In this document: piece after piece, positions 1 to 10,878 of the stretch
Numbering within the stretch: position 1 is the first letter of the stretch
Layout: the number at the start of each line of letters is the position of its first letter
From: Thermoanaerobaculia bacterium
Lineage (GTDB): Bacteria; Acidobacteriota; Thermoanaerobaculia; UBA5066; Gp7-AA6
Assembly: GCA_036397915.1 (NCBI GenBank)
Contig: DASWIB010000203.1
Coordinates: 1-45,232, forward strand
Direction: 5' to 3'
Length of the DNA: 45,232 nt
The notes under the pieces: model-generated
Seen by the model: only the letters and a program-made list of their open reading frames with translations
What the model was told of the DNA's origin: nothing
Database searches by the model: none
Translations under genes and position numbers: made by a program

Positions 1-213
1 CAGGCGAGGGCTTTCACACACGCGTATCAGCTCTTCGGCGTGATTCGGTGCCGGCTTGTGCTCGAGCGCATGCGTGCGCAGGGTCCGCTTGCCCTGTCGC
101 GCGTCTGCGAGCGCGGTTACCCCTTCGCTCAACTCATCGAACAGGTCGCGCCCGGCGGGGCGTTTCGGTTTTGCTCTGCTGGTCTTCCTCATACGCTTCC
201 TCAAGCTGAGCAT
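1..213 (-). CDS. XRE/HigA2-type helix-turn-helix (antitoxin-like) protein, N-terminal part only; the ORF runs off the window start
   Basis: Hand translation of the reverse strand from ATG at 213 (alternative ATG at 192) gives MLSLRKRMRKTSRAKPKRPAGRDLFDELSEGVTALADARQGKRTLRTHALEHKPAPNHAEELIRVCESPRL, open to position 1. The RDLFxELxEGVxxLxxxRxGKxTLRTH leader resembles, from memory, the N-terminus of COG2944-type HTH antitoxins. The HTH itself would lie outside the window. Confidence 0.45.
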   Translation of the reverse strand, partial: MLSLRKRMRKTSRAKPKRPAGRDLFDELSEGVTALADARQGKRTLRTHALEHKPAPNHAEELIRVCESPRL

Positions 214-244
214 ACGCAAGCTACTCGGCGGGTTTCGCTGGAAG

Positions 245-1771
<1,527 letters not shown>

Positions 1772-1777
<6 letters not shown>

Positions 1778-1834
1778 AAGAGAAATCTATTCCAGTGCCG
1801 CCGTGACAGAAGAGGAATCTACTCCAGTGCCGCC
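1772..1834. repeat. 31-bp tandem duplication (2 mismatches) that includes the last codons and stop of atpG
   Basis: tgacagaagagaaatctattccagtgccgcc (1772-1802) and tgacagaagaggaatctactccagtgccgcc (1804-1834). The second copy contains the atpG stop (cta at 1819-1821). Confidence 0.85.
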
Positions 1835-2700
1835 GCGCCCGAAACGATCTCGATCAGCTCCTTCGTGATCCGCGCCTGGCGGGCGCGGTTGTACGTCAGG
1901 GTCAGCGAGTCGATCATCTCGCCGGCATTTTTCGTCGCCGACTCCATCGCGGTCATCCGGGCGCCGTGCTCCGCGGCGGCCGACTCGAGCAGCATGCGGA
2001 AGATCGCGAACTCGAGGTGGCGCGGCAGAAGACGGGCCAGGATCGTCGCCGGGTCCGGCTCGTAGATGTATTCGATCGCCGGGGCGCCCGGGGCAGCCGC
2101 CTCCGCAAGAGCGGTCTCCGAACGGGAGATCGGAAGGATCCGGTCGCGGCGCACGATCTGCGTCATCACGGACTTGAACTCGTTGTACACGACGTAGGCG
2201 GCGTCGATCCGCCCCTCCACGAACTCGGCGCTCAGGTAGTCGGCGATCTCCTTCGCGTGAGCGTACTCGACGCGCGCGAAGATACCGGGATACGTCTTCG
2301 GGGCGAGCGGCGTCCGGCGGCGCTTCCAGTAGTCGAATGCGCGTTTGCCGATCGGCAGAATGACGACCGACTCCCAGTCCTTCCTTTCGGCGAGCAGCGC
2401 CGCGACGGCGCGGTTGATGTTCGCGTTGAAGGCGCCGGCAAGACCCTTGTCGCCTTCGACGACGAGAAGGATGACCCGCTTCTCCTCACGGCTCGCGAGG
2501 AGCGGATGCTGCGCCTCCTGGACGCTCGAAGACACCGAGGCGAGGACCTCGCGCAGCGCCTTCGCGTAGGGGCGCGCCGCGATGACCCGGTCCTGCGCCC
2601 GCCGCAGCTTGGCCGCCGAGACCATCTTCATGGCCCGCGTGATCTGCTGCGTGTTCTTCACCGACTTCAGGCGCCGGCGGATGTCGATCAGGGAAGCCAT
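1819..2700 (-). CDS. atpG: F1 ATP synthase gamma subunit
   Basis: 293 aa. The N-terminus IRRRLKSVKNTQQITRAMKMVSAAKLRRAQ and C-terminus ITKELIEIVSGAAALE are gamma-subunit hallmarks. The gene sits between atpA and atpD. Confidence 0.95.
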   Translation of the reverse strand: MASLIDIRRRLKSVKNTQQITRAMKMVSAAKLRRAQDRVIAARPYAKALREVLASVSSSVQEAQHPLLASREEKRVILLVVEGDKGLAGAFNANINRAVAALLAERKDWESVVILPIGKRAFDYWKRRRTPLAPKTYPGIFARVEYAHAKEIADYLSAEFVEGRIDAAYVVYNEFKSVMTQIVRRDRILPISRSETALAEAAAPGAPAIEYIYEPDPATILARLLPRHLEFAIFRMLLESAAAEHGARMTAMESATKNAGEMIDSLTLTYNRARQARITKELIEIVSGAAALE

Positions 2701-2750
2701 CGGCCGTCAGTTCTCAGCTCTCAGCTTCGATTCCGATTTCCGACCCCGAC

Positions 2751-4283
<1,533 letters not shown>

Positions 4284-4305
4284 CTCTCTCTCCCGTCAGA
4301 TTGTC

Positions 4306-4842
4306 TCAGACGCCGCCGGCTTCGCCGTGGAACCTCTCGATGGCACCCGTCGCGGAGGCGTCGAAGAGCTCGCTGCCGACTCTCGCCACGAAACCGGCGA
4401 GAATCTTCGGATCCACGTCGACTTTCATCCGCACCCGGCGCCGGAGGTGCCGGGCGAGGGCCTCCTGGATCAGGACTTTCTCCGCCTCGTCGAGCGGGGC
4501 GGCCACGGTGACCAGCGCTTCGACGACGCCGGCGGCTCGATCGCGGGCCTGGCGGATCGCCGAGAGAATCTCGGCGAGAAAGAGCATCCGGCGGTTCTCG
4601 AGGACGAGAGCCAGGAAGCGCCGGCCGATCTCGTCCACGCCCGCCCGCCCCGTGAGGTCGTCGAGAACGCGGCGCTTCGCGTCGAACGGAACGGAGGGAG
4701 CGGTGAGGAAGTTTTTCAGGCGCGAGTCCTGCGCGATCGCGCGCCGGATCGATCCGGCGCCGGCGAGAAACTCCTCGACGTCGTAACCGGCTGGAACGGT
4801 CTCGAGAAATGCCTGCGCGTAAGGGCGGGCGAAGCGGCTCAC
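4306..4842 (-). CDS. atpH: ATP synthase delta (OSCP) subunit
   Basis: 178 aa. The N-terminus RPYAQAF and the C-terminal GFVARVGSELFDASATG match the OSCP pattern. The gene lies between atpF and atpA. Confidence 0.9.
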   Translation of the reverse strand: MSRFARPYAQAFLETVPAGYDVEEFLAGAGSIRRAIAQDSRLKNFLTAPSVPFDAKRRVLDDLTGRAGVDEIGRRFLALVLENRRMLFLAEILSAIRQARDRAAGVVEALVTVAAPLDEAEKVLIQEALARHLRRRVRMKVDVDPKILAGFVARVGSELFDASATGAIERFHGEAGGV

Positions 4843-5459
4843 GATCCGGCGTCCCCCGCCCGGTTCTCCCCGAGGCGCGCAACGCTCTCCTCGAGAAGCC
4901 GACGACGGTCCTCATCGTTGATCTGCGCGGCGAGCACCTCGCGCGCCACACCCGCGGTCAGATCCGCGGCGGTGCGGCGCAATTCCTGCTTCGCGGCCGC
5001 CAGTCGGCGTCCGATCTCCTCGTCCGCCTCCCGGCGCACGCGCTCGACCTCCCGATCTCCCTTCTCCGAAAGCGTCGCGCGCTCGGTCTCCCCCTCCGCC
5101 AGGCCGCGGGCGCGGATCTCCGCGATCTCCTGGTCGAGCCGCGCCATCCGTTCGTGCACTTCCGCCTCGAGTCTCGCCGCCTCCGCCCGGAGAGCCTTCG
5201 CTTCGCGCAACCGCTCCTCGACGGCGAGCTGGCGGTTGCGAAACATTGCGGCGAGCGGCCGCGCGACGAAGTACAGGAGAGCAGCGAGGAAGAGGGCGAG
5301 GTTGACGAGCTGCCACAACCAGAGCGGCAGACCGAGAAAGGTCGACGCGTGCTCCTCGGCCTCTTGCGCGAGGAGAGTGAGAGGAAGAACGGCGAGCAGT
5401 CGCCGGCCGGTCGAACGCGCCCCCGCGTCCGAAGCGACTCTCGGCCCGCGGCAGATCAC
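4839..5459 (-). CDS. atpF: Fo ATP synthase b subunit
   Basis: 206 aa with a single N-terminal TM helix (LWLWQLVNLALFLAALLYF) followed by a long charged coiled-coil. A GTG start overlaps the atpF' stop (GTGA). The exact start is uncertain. Confidence 0.8.
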   Translation of the reverse strand: MICRGPRVASDAGARSTGRRLLAVLPLTLLAQEAEEHASTFLGLPLWLWQLVNLALFLAALLYFVARPLAAMFRNRQLAVEERLREAKALRAEAARLEAEVHERMARLDQEIAEIRARGLAEGETERATLSEKGDREVERVRREADEEIGRRLAAAKQELRRTAADLTAGVAREVLAAQINDEDRRRLLEESVARLGENRAGDAGS

Positions 5460-5890
5460 GCGGCGAGCTTCCGGCCGAGGATTTTCTCAGCCAGCTCGAT
5501 GGCAAGGTCGCGCGAGCGTCCCGGAAGCTCCGCGGCCGCCCCCCGGGCTTCCGTCTCGATCGTCCGGCTGGCCGCCTCCACCGAGACCGACGCGGCCTGC
5601 CGCGCCCCCCCGAGCTCCCGCTCGAATCGCGCGAGCCCCTCGGCGCGGAGCGTCTCGCGTTCCTTGAGCGCTTCGCGACGCGCCAGCGCGAGCCGCGCCT
5701 CGCCCTCGGCGATGGCGCGCTGGAGCTCTCGCACGCTTTCGCCGTGGATTTTCGCGGCCGCGCGCTCTTCCTCCTCGCGTTGCTCCAGGATCGCGCCGAG
5801 CGGACGAAAGAGAAACCTGTTCAGCACCGCGTACGACACGACGAACGCAAAAATCACGTAGAGGAACGTCACATCGGGCGCTTTGATCAT
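5456..5890 (-). CDS. atpF2: Fo ATP synthase b' (second b-type) subunit
   Basis: 144 aa with a TM helix (FLYVIFAFVVSYAVLNRFLF), the RPLGAILEQREE motif and a charged helix. It lies directly upstream of atpF. Confidence 0.75.
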   Translation of the reverse strand: MIKAPDVTFLYVIFAFVVSYAVLNRFLFRPLGAILEQREEEERAAAKIHGESVRELQRAIAEGEARLALARREALKERETLRAEGLARFERELGGARQAASVSVEAASRTIETEARGAAAELPGRSRDLAIELAEKILGRKLAA

Positions 5891-6072
5891 GGATCTGCCG
5901 GGCTTTCCTCACGATTCGAGCGAGAGGCCGCACCGCCTCGCGCCGGGCCGGAACGCGGATGAATAGCACACGGCTGGAGGGGGGTCAAACCCGCTCCGAC
6001 TCGATGCCCCGGGGGTGAGGTCTTTCCCCCAATCCTCCCGGATATGACTCTAAGTAATTTACTTTCAGTAGT

Positions 6073-6465
6073 TTAGCTGTGACGCTCCGCCGCCGGGGCG
6101 GGCATTCCAACGACGTTCGACGGAGCCTCCTGCCCCATTTTGCACGAGCCCTGAAAGAGGGCGCCATCCTCGATCGAAAGCGCCGGTGTCGTCAGATCGG
6201 CGAGCACCCGCGCCTTCGGATGAAGCTCGATTCGTTCCGAAGCGACCACGTTTCCCCGGAGGGAGCCGTTCACCGACAGCCTTTCGACGTGGATCTCCGC
6301 CTCGACATCCGCCGTCTCGCCGAGCACGAGCTCGGTTCCCGAGGAGATCTTCCCCTCGAACTTCCCGTCGATCCGGAACCCCACCTCGAACTTGAGATCA
6401 CCCGCGAAGTGGCTGCCGCGATCCAGAAACCCGTTCAGCGTCGCTTCCTCCGTCTTTCCTCTCAT
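6073..6465 (-). CDS. Bactofilin (polymer-forming cytoskeletal protein, DUF583 fold)
   Basis: 130 aa with repeated beta-helix windings (F.G.L.F......IDGKFEGKI, ...VEAEIHVERLSVNGSLRGNV, ...IELHPKARVLADL...SIEDGALFQG) typical of bactofilins. An RBS-like AGGAAGG precedes the ATG. Confidence 0.8.
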   Translation of the reverse strand: MRGKTEEATLNGFLDRGSHFAGDLKFEVGFRIDGKFEGKISSGTELVLGETADVEAEIHVERLSVNGSLRGNVVASERIELHPKARVLADLTTPALSIEDGALFQGSCKMGQEAPSNVVGMPAPAAERHS

Positions 6466-6543
6466 GACCTTCCTTCCTGGTTCGATTCGCCTCGATTACG
6501 TAAGGAGGTCTGATCCCCGAGGGGCCAGATCCCTATCCTCTCG

Positions 6544-6602
6544 CTAGGAATGTGTCCGAGTAATTTCTTGCGGGGGACCTTGCGGTCCCCCGAACCCCCT
6601 AG
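6544..6602 (-). repeat. Family-A 59-nt repeat, copy A1 (hairpin GGGGGACC-loop-GGTCCCCC with CTAG termini)
   Basis: ctaggaatgtgtccgagtaatttcttgcgggggaccttgcggtcccccgaaccccctag. The terminal CTAG contains the parB stop codon (6599-6601). Confidence 0.9.
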
Positions 6603-7447
6603 GCCCGTGCGAGCCGCTCGTAGAGGCCGATCAACTCCTCCTCCGACCCGAACGCGATCTCGACTCTCCCGCCGCGCCGGCGCCGAACGATCCGCACGCG
6701 TGTCTTCAGGCGCCGCGAAAGCTTCTCCTCCGCATCACGGGTCAACGGGTCACGGCGGTGTTCTCTCGTTAGCTTACCCGCGGAACCGGTGTTCGCCACC
6801 CGTTTTTCCGTCTGCCGCACGGAAAGTGCGCGTCTCACGATCTCCTCGGCGAGCCGCTCCTGGTCGTCCGGAGAGGCCAGGGACGCCAGGGCCCGCGCGT
6901 GTCCGGCCGAGAGCTGCCCCGAGCGGATTCGGTCACGAACGCCCGATGGAAGCTTCAGGAGCCGCAGAGTATTCGTGACGGTCGTGCGGTCTTTCCCGAC
7001 CCGCTCCGCGATCTTCTCGTGTGAGAGCCGGAACTCCTCCTTCAGGCGCGCGTACGCTTCCGCGGCGTCGAGCGGATTCAGGTCTTCGCGCTGGAGGTTT
7101 TCGACCAGGGCGACTTCGAGCAGGTCGCTCTCCGATTGCCTCTCCCGCCAGACGACCGGAACACGGGTGAGGCCGGCCATCGCGGCCGCCCGCCACCGTC
7201 TCTCGCCGGCGACGATCTCGAGTTTCTCTCCTTGCGAGGTGACCACGATCGGTTGGACGACCCCGTGCTCGCGAATCGAGGCCGCGAGCTCCGCGAGCGC
7301 GGCATCGGAGAATTCCCGGCGCGGTTGAAAGCGGTTGGGGACGAGCCGGCCGATTTCGACTTCCCTTGCGCCTGTTTCCCGTGGAACCTCTTCTCGCCCC
7401 GGGAGGAGCGCCGACAGACCGCGGCCGAGGGCCTGTTTCTGGGTCAT
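6599..7447 (-). CDS. parB: Chromosome partitioning protein ParB/Spo0J
   Basis: 282 aa with the GRGLSALL N-terminal motif, the ParB box (IVAGERRWRAA) and the HTH region (SHEKIAERVGKDRTTVTNTLRLLKLP). Confidence 0.95.
   Translation of the reverse strand: MTQKQALGRGLSALLPGREEVPRETGAREVEIGRLVPNRFQPRREFSDAALAELAASIREHGVVQPIVVTSQGEKLEIVAGERRWRAAAMAGLTRVPVVWRERQSESDLLEVALVENLQREDLNPLDAAEAYARLKEEFRLSHEKIAERVGKDRTTVTNTLRLLKLPSGVRDRIRSGQLSAGHARALASLASPDDQERLAEEIVRRALSVRQTEKRVANTGSAGKLTREHRRDPLTRDAEEKLSRRLKTRVRIVRRRRGGRVEIAFGSEEELIGLYERLARA
7373..7388. promoter_or_regulatory. parS-like site (TGTTTCCCGTGGAACC) inside the 5' part of parB
   Basis: 13/16 match to the remembered parS consensus TGTTTCACGTGAAACA. 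It shares the core CCCGTGGAAC with the site at 8367-8382. Confidence 0.35.
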
Positions 7448-8208
7448 TGAGTCTCCCTATTCAGAAGTTCTTTTCCAAGAGCGAGATAGGCCTCCGCCCC
7501 CCGCGACTTGATGTCGTAAGCCAACACCGGCTTGCCGAACGATGGGGCCTCCCCGAGCCGGACGTTGCGGGGGATCACCGTCTCGTACACGAGCCTTCCG
7601 AAGTGTCTCCGGATGTCCTCGACGACCTGCTTGCCGAGGTTGGTCCGGTCGTCGTACATCGTGAGGAGAATCCCCTCGATCTGCAGGTCCGGATTGAACG
7701 CGTTCCGTACCCGTTCCACCGACTCCAGCAGCTCGGTCACGCCCTCCAGGGCGAAGTACTCCGTCTGGAGCGGAATCAGAAGCGAGTCCGCGGCCGTCAA
7801 CCCGTTGACGGTCAGAAGAGAGAGCGAGGGCGGGCAATCGATGAACATGAAATCGAAATCTTCTCGCACGCGGTCGACTGCCTCCCGCAGGCGGCGCTCG
7901 CGCCCCTTCTGGTCGACGAGCTCGATCTCGGCTCCCACGAGGTCGCGACCCGAGGGAAGCAGCCAGAGGTTGGGAAAGGCAGTGGGCTGGAGCGCCTCGC
8001 GAGGATCCGCTCCCAGGAGCACGTCGTAGGCGTTGGCGCCGTTCTTCTGCCGCGAGAACCCGAGACCCGAAGTGGCGTTCGCCTGGGGATCGAAATCGAC
8101 GATCGCGATCTTGCGGTCGAACGCGGCGAGGGCGGCCGCGAGGTTGATGGCGGTCGTGGTCTTTCCCACGCCCCCTTTCTGGTTGGCGATCGCCACGACT
8201 CGACTCAC
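7444..8208 (-). CDS. parA: Chromosome partitioning ATPase ParA/Soj
   Basis: Deviant Walker A in (M)SRVVAIANQKGGVGKTTT. The track ORF extends to 8895, but that extension is Arg/Pro-rich non-coding read-through. A GTG at 8208 (alternative GTG at 8232) gives a normal ~254-aa ParA. The gene overlaps the parB start by 4 nt. Confidence 0.92.
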   Translation of the reverse strand: MSRVVAIANQKGGVGKTTTAINLAAALAAFDRKIAIVDFDPQANATSGLGFSRQKNGANAYDVLLGADPREALQPTAFPNLWLLPSGRDLVGAEIELVDQKGRERRLREAVDRVREDFDFMFIDCPPSLSLLTVNGLTAADSLLIPLQTEYFALEGVTELLESVERVRNAFNPDLQIEGILLTMYDDRTNLGKQVVEDIRRHFGRLVYETVIPRNVRLGEAPSFGKPVLAYDIKSRGAEAYLALGKELLNRETQ

Positions 8209-8366
8209 TTTTCGAACATTCTGGAGCTTCACCGGCCAAATGGAAAGAGCGAAGACAGGAACTCCAAAGAGATGCGGGTGACGAGCCCTCCCCGGCAGCC
8301 GCCTCCAGTCAGGCCCGGGTCGTGGGCCCCCCCCACCCAACAGTTGTCTCGAGAGGTAGCGGGACA

Positions 8367-8382
8367 TGTTCCCCGTGGAACA
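8367..8382. promoter_or_regulatory. parS-like near-palindrome TGTTCCCCGTGGAACA upstream of parA
   Basis: The 16-mer is palindromic except for one position. It differs from the consensus parS by a symmetric T5>C/A12>G pair plus one mismatch. Its location (rsmG-parA spacer) is typical for parS. Confidence 0.45.
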
Positions 8383-8390
8383 TCCGGGAA

Positions 8391-9029
8391 TCAGAGCCTG
8401 CGGAAGACCCCGATCGCGCGGCGACTTGTCCCGGGGATCGGAAGGACCTCTTCGAGCTCGAGTCCGCCGGATGCGAGCATCGGCTTCAGCCGATCGGGCG
8501 AGGTGGTCCAGAGCAGGAGCACCCCGCCGCGGCGAAGGAACTCCGCCTTTCCGATGGCTTTTGCGTCGACCCGGACCGCCCGCGAAGTTCCCGAGTCGAA
8601 GCTTCCGGGCGGCAGGCTCTCCAGCCTCCCGGCGAGTACGGCGGCGTTTCCGACCGGGACGGCCCGAGCGATGTGCCTCAGAAAGGCCGCGCGCTTTTCC
8701 CGCGGCTCGAGCCACGTCACCTGTAGGTCCGGCCGCGCGATCGCAATCGGAACTCCCGGAAAACCGCCGCCCGTTCCGACGTCGACCACTCTGGCGGAAG
8801 GCGGCAGGAACTGCTCGCCGAGAACCGATTCGAGCGCGTGCGAGACGAGCTCGATTGGACCGAGCTTCCCGGTGAGGTTCACTTTCCGACGCCACCGGTC
8901 GAGCTCTGCCAGGAACGCGGCAATCCGATCGACTGTCTCGCGGGAAAGCGAAAGGCCGAAGTCGGGGATGCCTTCCGCGAGGAGGGTGCGAAACCCCTCA
9001 GGGCGAAGGGGTTCGATCGCGACCGACAT
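8391..9029 (-). CDS. rsmG: 16S rRNA (guanine527-N7)-methyltransferase RsmG (GidB)
   Basis: 212 aa with the SAM motif VVDVGTGGGFPGVPIAI. It is in the conserved position downstream of mnmG and overlaps the mnmG 3' end. Confidence 0.9.
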   Translation of the reverse strand: MSVAIEPLRPEGFRTLLAEGIPDFGLSLSRETVDRIAAFLAELDRWRRKVNLTGKLGPIELVSHALESVLGEQFLPPSARVVDVGTGGGFPGVPIAIARPDLQVTWLEPREKRAAFLRHIARAVPVGNAAVLAGRLESLPPGSFDSGTSRAVRVDAKAIGKAEFLRRGGVLLLWTTSPDRLKPMLASGGLELEEVLPIPGTSRRAIGVFRRL

Positions 9030-10878
9030 GCGCGCAGATTATCGCGACGGCCGCTGGTGTCACCCCGGGAATGCGAGCCGCCTCTCCAATCGTGCGCGGG
9101 CGCCTCCTTGCGCACTTCTCCACGACCTCGCGAGAGAGGCCGGGAACGCCGTCGTAGAGGAAATCCGCAGGGATCCGGCGGCTCTCCAGGGGTTTCAGCC
9201 GTTCGACCCGATCCCGCTCGCGCCGGATGTATCCTTCGTAGCGCACCCGGCTCTCCAGGACGGCGCGCTCCTCGCGGTCGAGGCTCGACAGAATCTCCGG
9301 AGCCCAGCGAGCGAGGGCATCTGACGATAAATCCTGTCTTTTCAGTAGGTTACGAAGGCTGGACGGCCGGTCGAGCCGGATTCCGAGCACTCTCTCGATT
9401 TCGGCGCTCGTCTCCCGGTCCGGCCGGATCTCCGTCGAAGCCAGCTCGGCCTCCGCCCGACGGAGCCGCTCCTCCGATCTCATGGCGAGCGAGTAGTCCT
9501 CGGAGGAGACGAGGCCGAACCGCCGCGCGTACGGCAGAAGGCGCGGGAGGACCGAATCGACGCCGAGCAGAAGGCGGTACTCGGCGCGCGAGGTGAAGAG
9601 ACGGTACGGTTCCTCCAGTCCTTTGGTCGTCAGGTCGTCGACCAGGACCGCGGCGTACGCTTCCGAGCGGTCGAGCACGAAAGGCTCTTCGCCGCGCACC
9701 GCGAGCGCCGCGTTGATCCCCGCCCAGATCCCCTGCGCCGCGGCCTCTTCGTAGCCCGAAGTTCCGTTGATCTGGCCGGCGAAGAAAACCCGGGGAACTT
9801 CCCGCGCTTCCAGAGAGGAGCGGAGCTGCTCGGGGAACGAGAAGTCGTATTCGACCGCGTACCCCGGACGGATCATCCTCGCGCGCGCGAGCCCCGGGAT
9901 CTCGCGGAGGATCGCCCGCTGAACGTCTTCGGGAAGGGAAGTCGAGAGGCCGTTGATGTAGATCTCCTCCGCATCCCAGCCGTCCGGCTCCAGAAAGATC
10001 GAGTGGCGCGGCTTGTCGGCGAACTTGACGACCTTGTCCTCGACGGACGGGCAATAGCGCGGACCGATGCCGATGATTCGGCCCGAGTACATCGGGCTCG
10101 CGTGGAGGTTGTCGCGGATGAGCGCGTGAACGCGCTCGTTCGTCGCCGTCAGCCAGCAGAGCGCCTGCTCCCGGGAAAGGCTCTCCGTGCGGAACGAGAA
10201 GGGAACCGGCGGATCGTCGCCGCGCTGCGGCTCGCACAAATCGTAATCGACGGTGTCGCGGTGCACGCGCGGGGGCGTGCCGGTCTTGAAGCGGCCGAGT
10301 CGCAGTCCGAGCCTCGCGAGCGCGGCCGAAAGTCCGACGGCGGCCGGCTCTCCCACCCGCCCGCCCTCGGTCCGTTTCTCGCCCGTGTGCATGAGGCCGC
10401 GCAGAAACGTGCCGGTGGTCACGACGACGGCCGAGGCTTCGATGCGCTGGCCGGTGGCTGTGACGATTCCGGTGACGCGTCCGCCCTGGACGGTGAAGTC
10501 CTCCACCATGCCCTCGATGAGCCGAAGGTTCTCCGTCTCGGAGAGAGCCTGCGCGGCGATGCGCGAGTAGAGCGCCCGGTCGCATTGCGCGCGCGGCCCC
10601 CACACCGCCGGGCCGCGGGAGCGATTGAGGATCTTGAACTGGATTCCCGCCCGGTCCGCCAGGCGACCCATCAACCCGCCGAGCGCGTCGATTTCCCGGA
10701 CGAGCTGCCCTTTCGCGAGACCGCCGATCGCGGGGTTGCAGGACATCCGCGCGATCGCGCGGAGATCGCCGGTGACGAGCGCCGTCGCCAGACCCATCCG
10801 GGCCGCGGCATGGCTCGCTTCGCACCCGGCGTGGCCTGCCCCGATGACGACGACGTCGAACTTCTCCACGTCGCTCAT
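8998..10878 (-). CDS. mnmG: tRNA uridine 5-carboxymethylaminomethyl modification enzyme MnmG (GidA)
   Basis: 626 aa with the FAD motif [14 protein letters not shown], plus [19 protein letters not shown]. Confidence 0.97.
   Translation of the reverse strand: MSDVEKFDVVVIGAGHAGCEASHAAARMGLATALVTGDLRAIARMSCNPAIGGLAKGQLVREIDALGGLMGRLADRAGIQFKILNRSRGPAVWGPRAQCDRALYSRIAAQALSETENLRLIEGMVEDFTVQGGRVTGIVTATGQRIEASAVVVTTGTFLRGLMHTGEKRTEGGRVGEPAAVGLSAALARLGLRLGRFKTGTPPRVHRDTVDYDLCEPQRGDDPPVPFSFRTESLSREQALCWLTATNERVHALIRDNLHASPMYSGRIIGIGPRYCPSVEDKVVKFADKPRHSIFLEPDGWDAEEIYINGLSTSLPEDVQRAILREIPGLARARMIRPGYAVEYDFSFPEQLRSSLEAREVPRVFFAGQINGTSGYEEAAAQGIWAGINAALAVRGEEPFVLDRSEAYAAVLVDDLTTKGLEEPYRLFTSRAEYRLLLGVDSVLPRLLPYARRFGLVSSEDYSLAMRSEERLRRAEAELASTEIRPDRETSAEIERVLGIRLDRPSSLRNLLKRQDLSSDALARWAPEILSSLDREERAVLESRVRYEGYIRRERDRVERLKPLESRRIPADFLYDGVPGLSREVVEKCARRRPRTIGEAARIPGVTPAAVAIICAHVGRDRTPSP

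Noticed and set aside
4323-4333. GCCGTGGAACC inside atpH resembles the right half of the parS-like motif.
   Set aside because: Only one half-site matches and there is no palindromic partner, so it is probably chance within coding sequence.
6476-6495. GGTTCGATTCGCC resembles a tRNA T-arm.
   Set aside because: No acceptor, D or anticodon arms can be built around it. It lies in the bactofilin 5' leader and start region.
6550-6978. Small ORFs start in or run through family-A repeats (6550-6978 +, 14843-15055 -, 33243-33569 +, 39939-40175 -, 42766-43023 +). They share peptides such as [16 protein letters not shown] or RSPEPP.
   Set aside because: The shared peptide is only the translated repeat, and the remainder is non-conserved intergenic or antisense sequence. 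Only the mnmE copy lies in a credible gene.
8209-8895. Several track ORFs carry long N-terminal extensions: parA (to 8895), dnaA (from 15726), gyrB (from 18879), yidD (to 15498), jag (to 13198), topA (from 40069) and the ABC genes.
   Set aside because: The extensions overlap upstream genes or run through repeats, and they have non-protein-like composition. Conserved N-termini with internal ATG/GTG/TTG starts, often with RBS-like purine tracts, give normal protein lengths.
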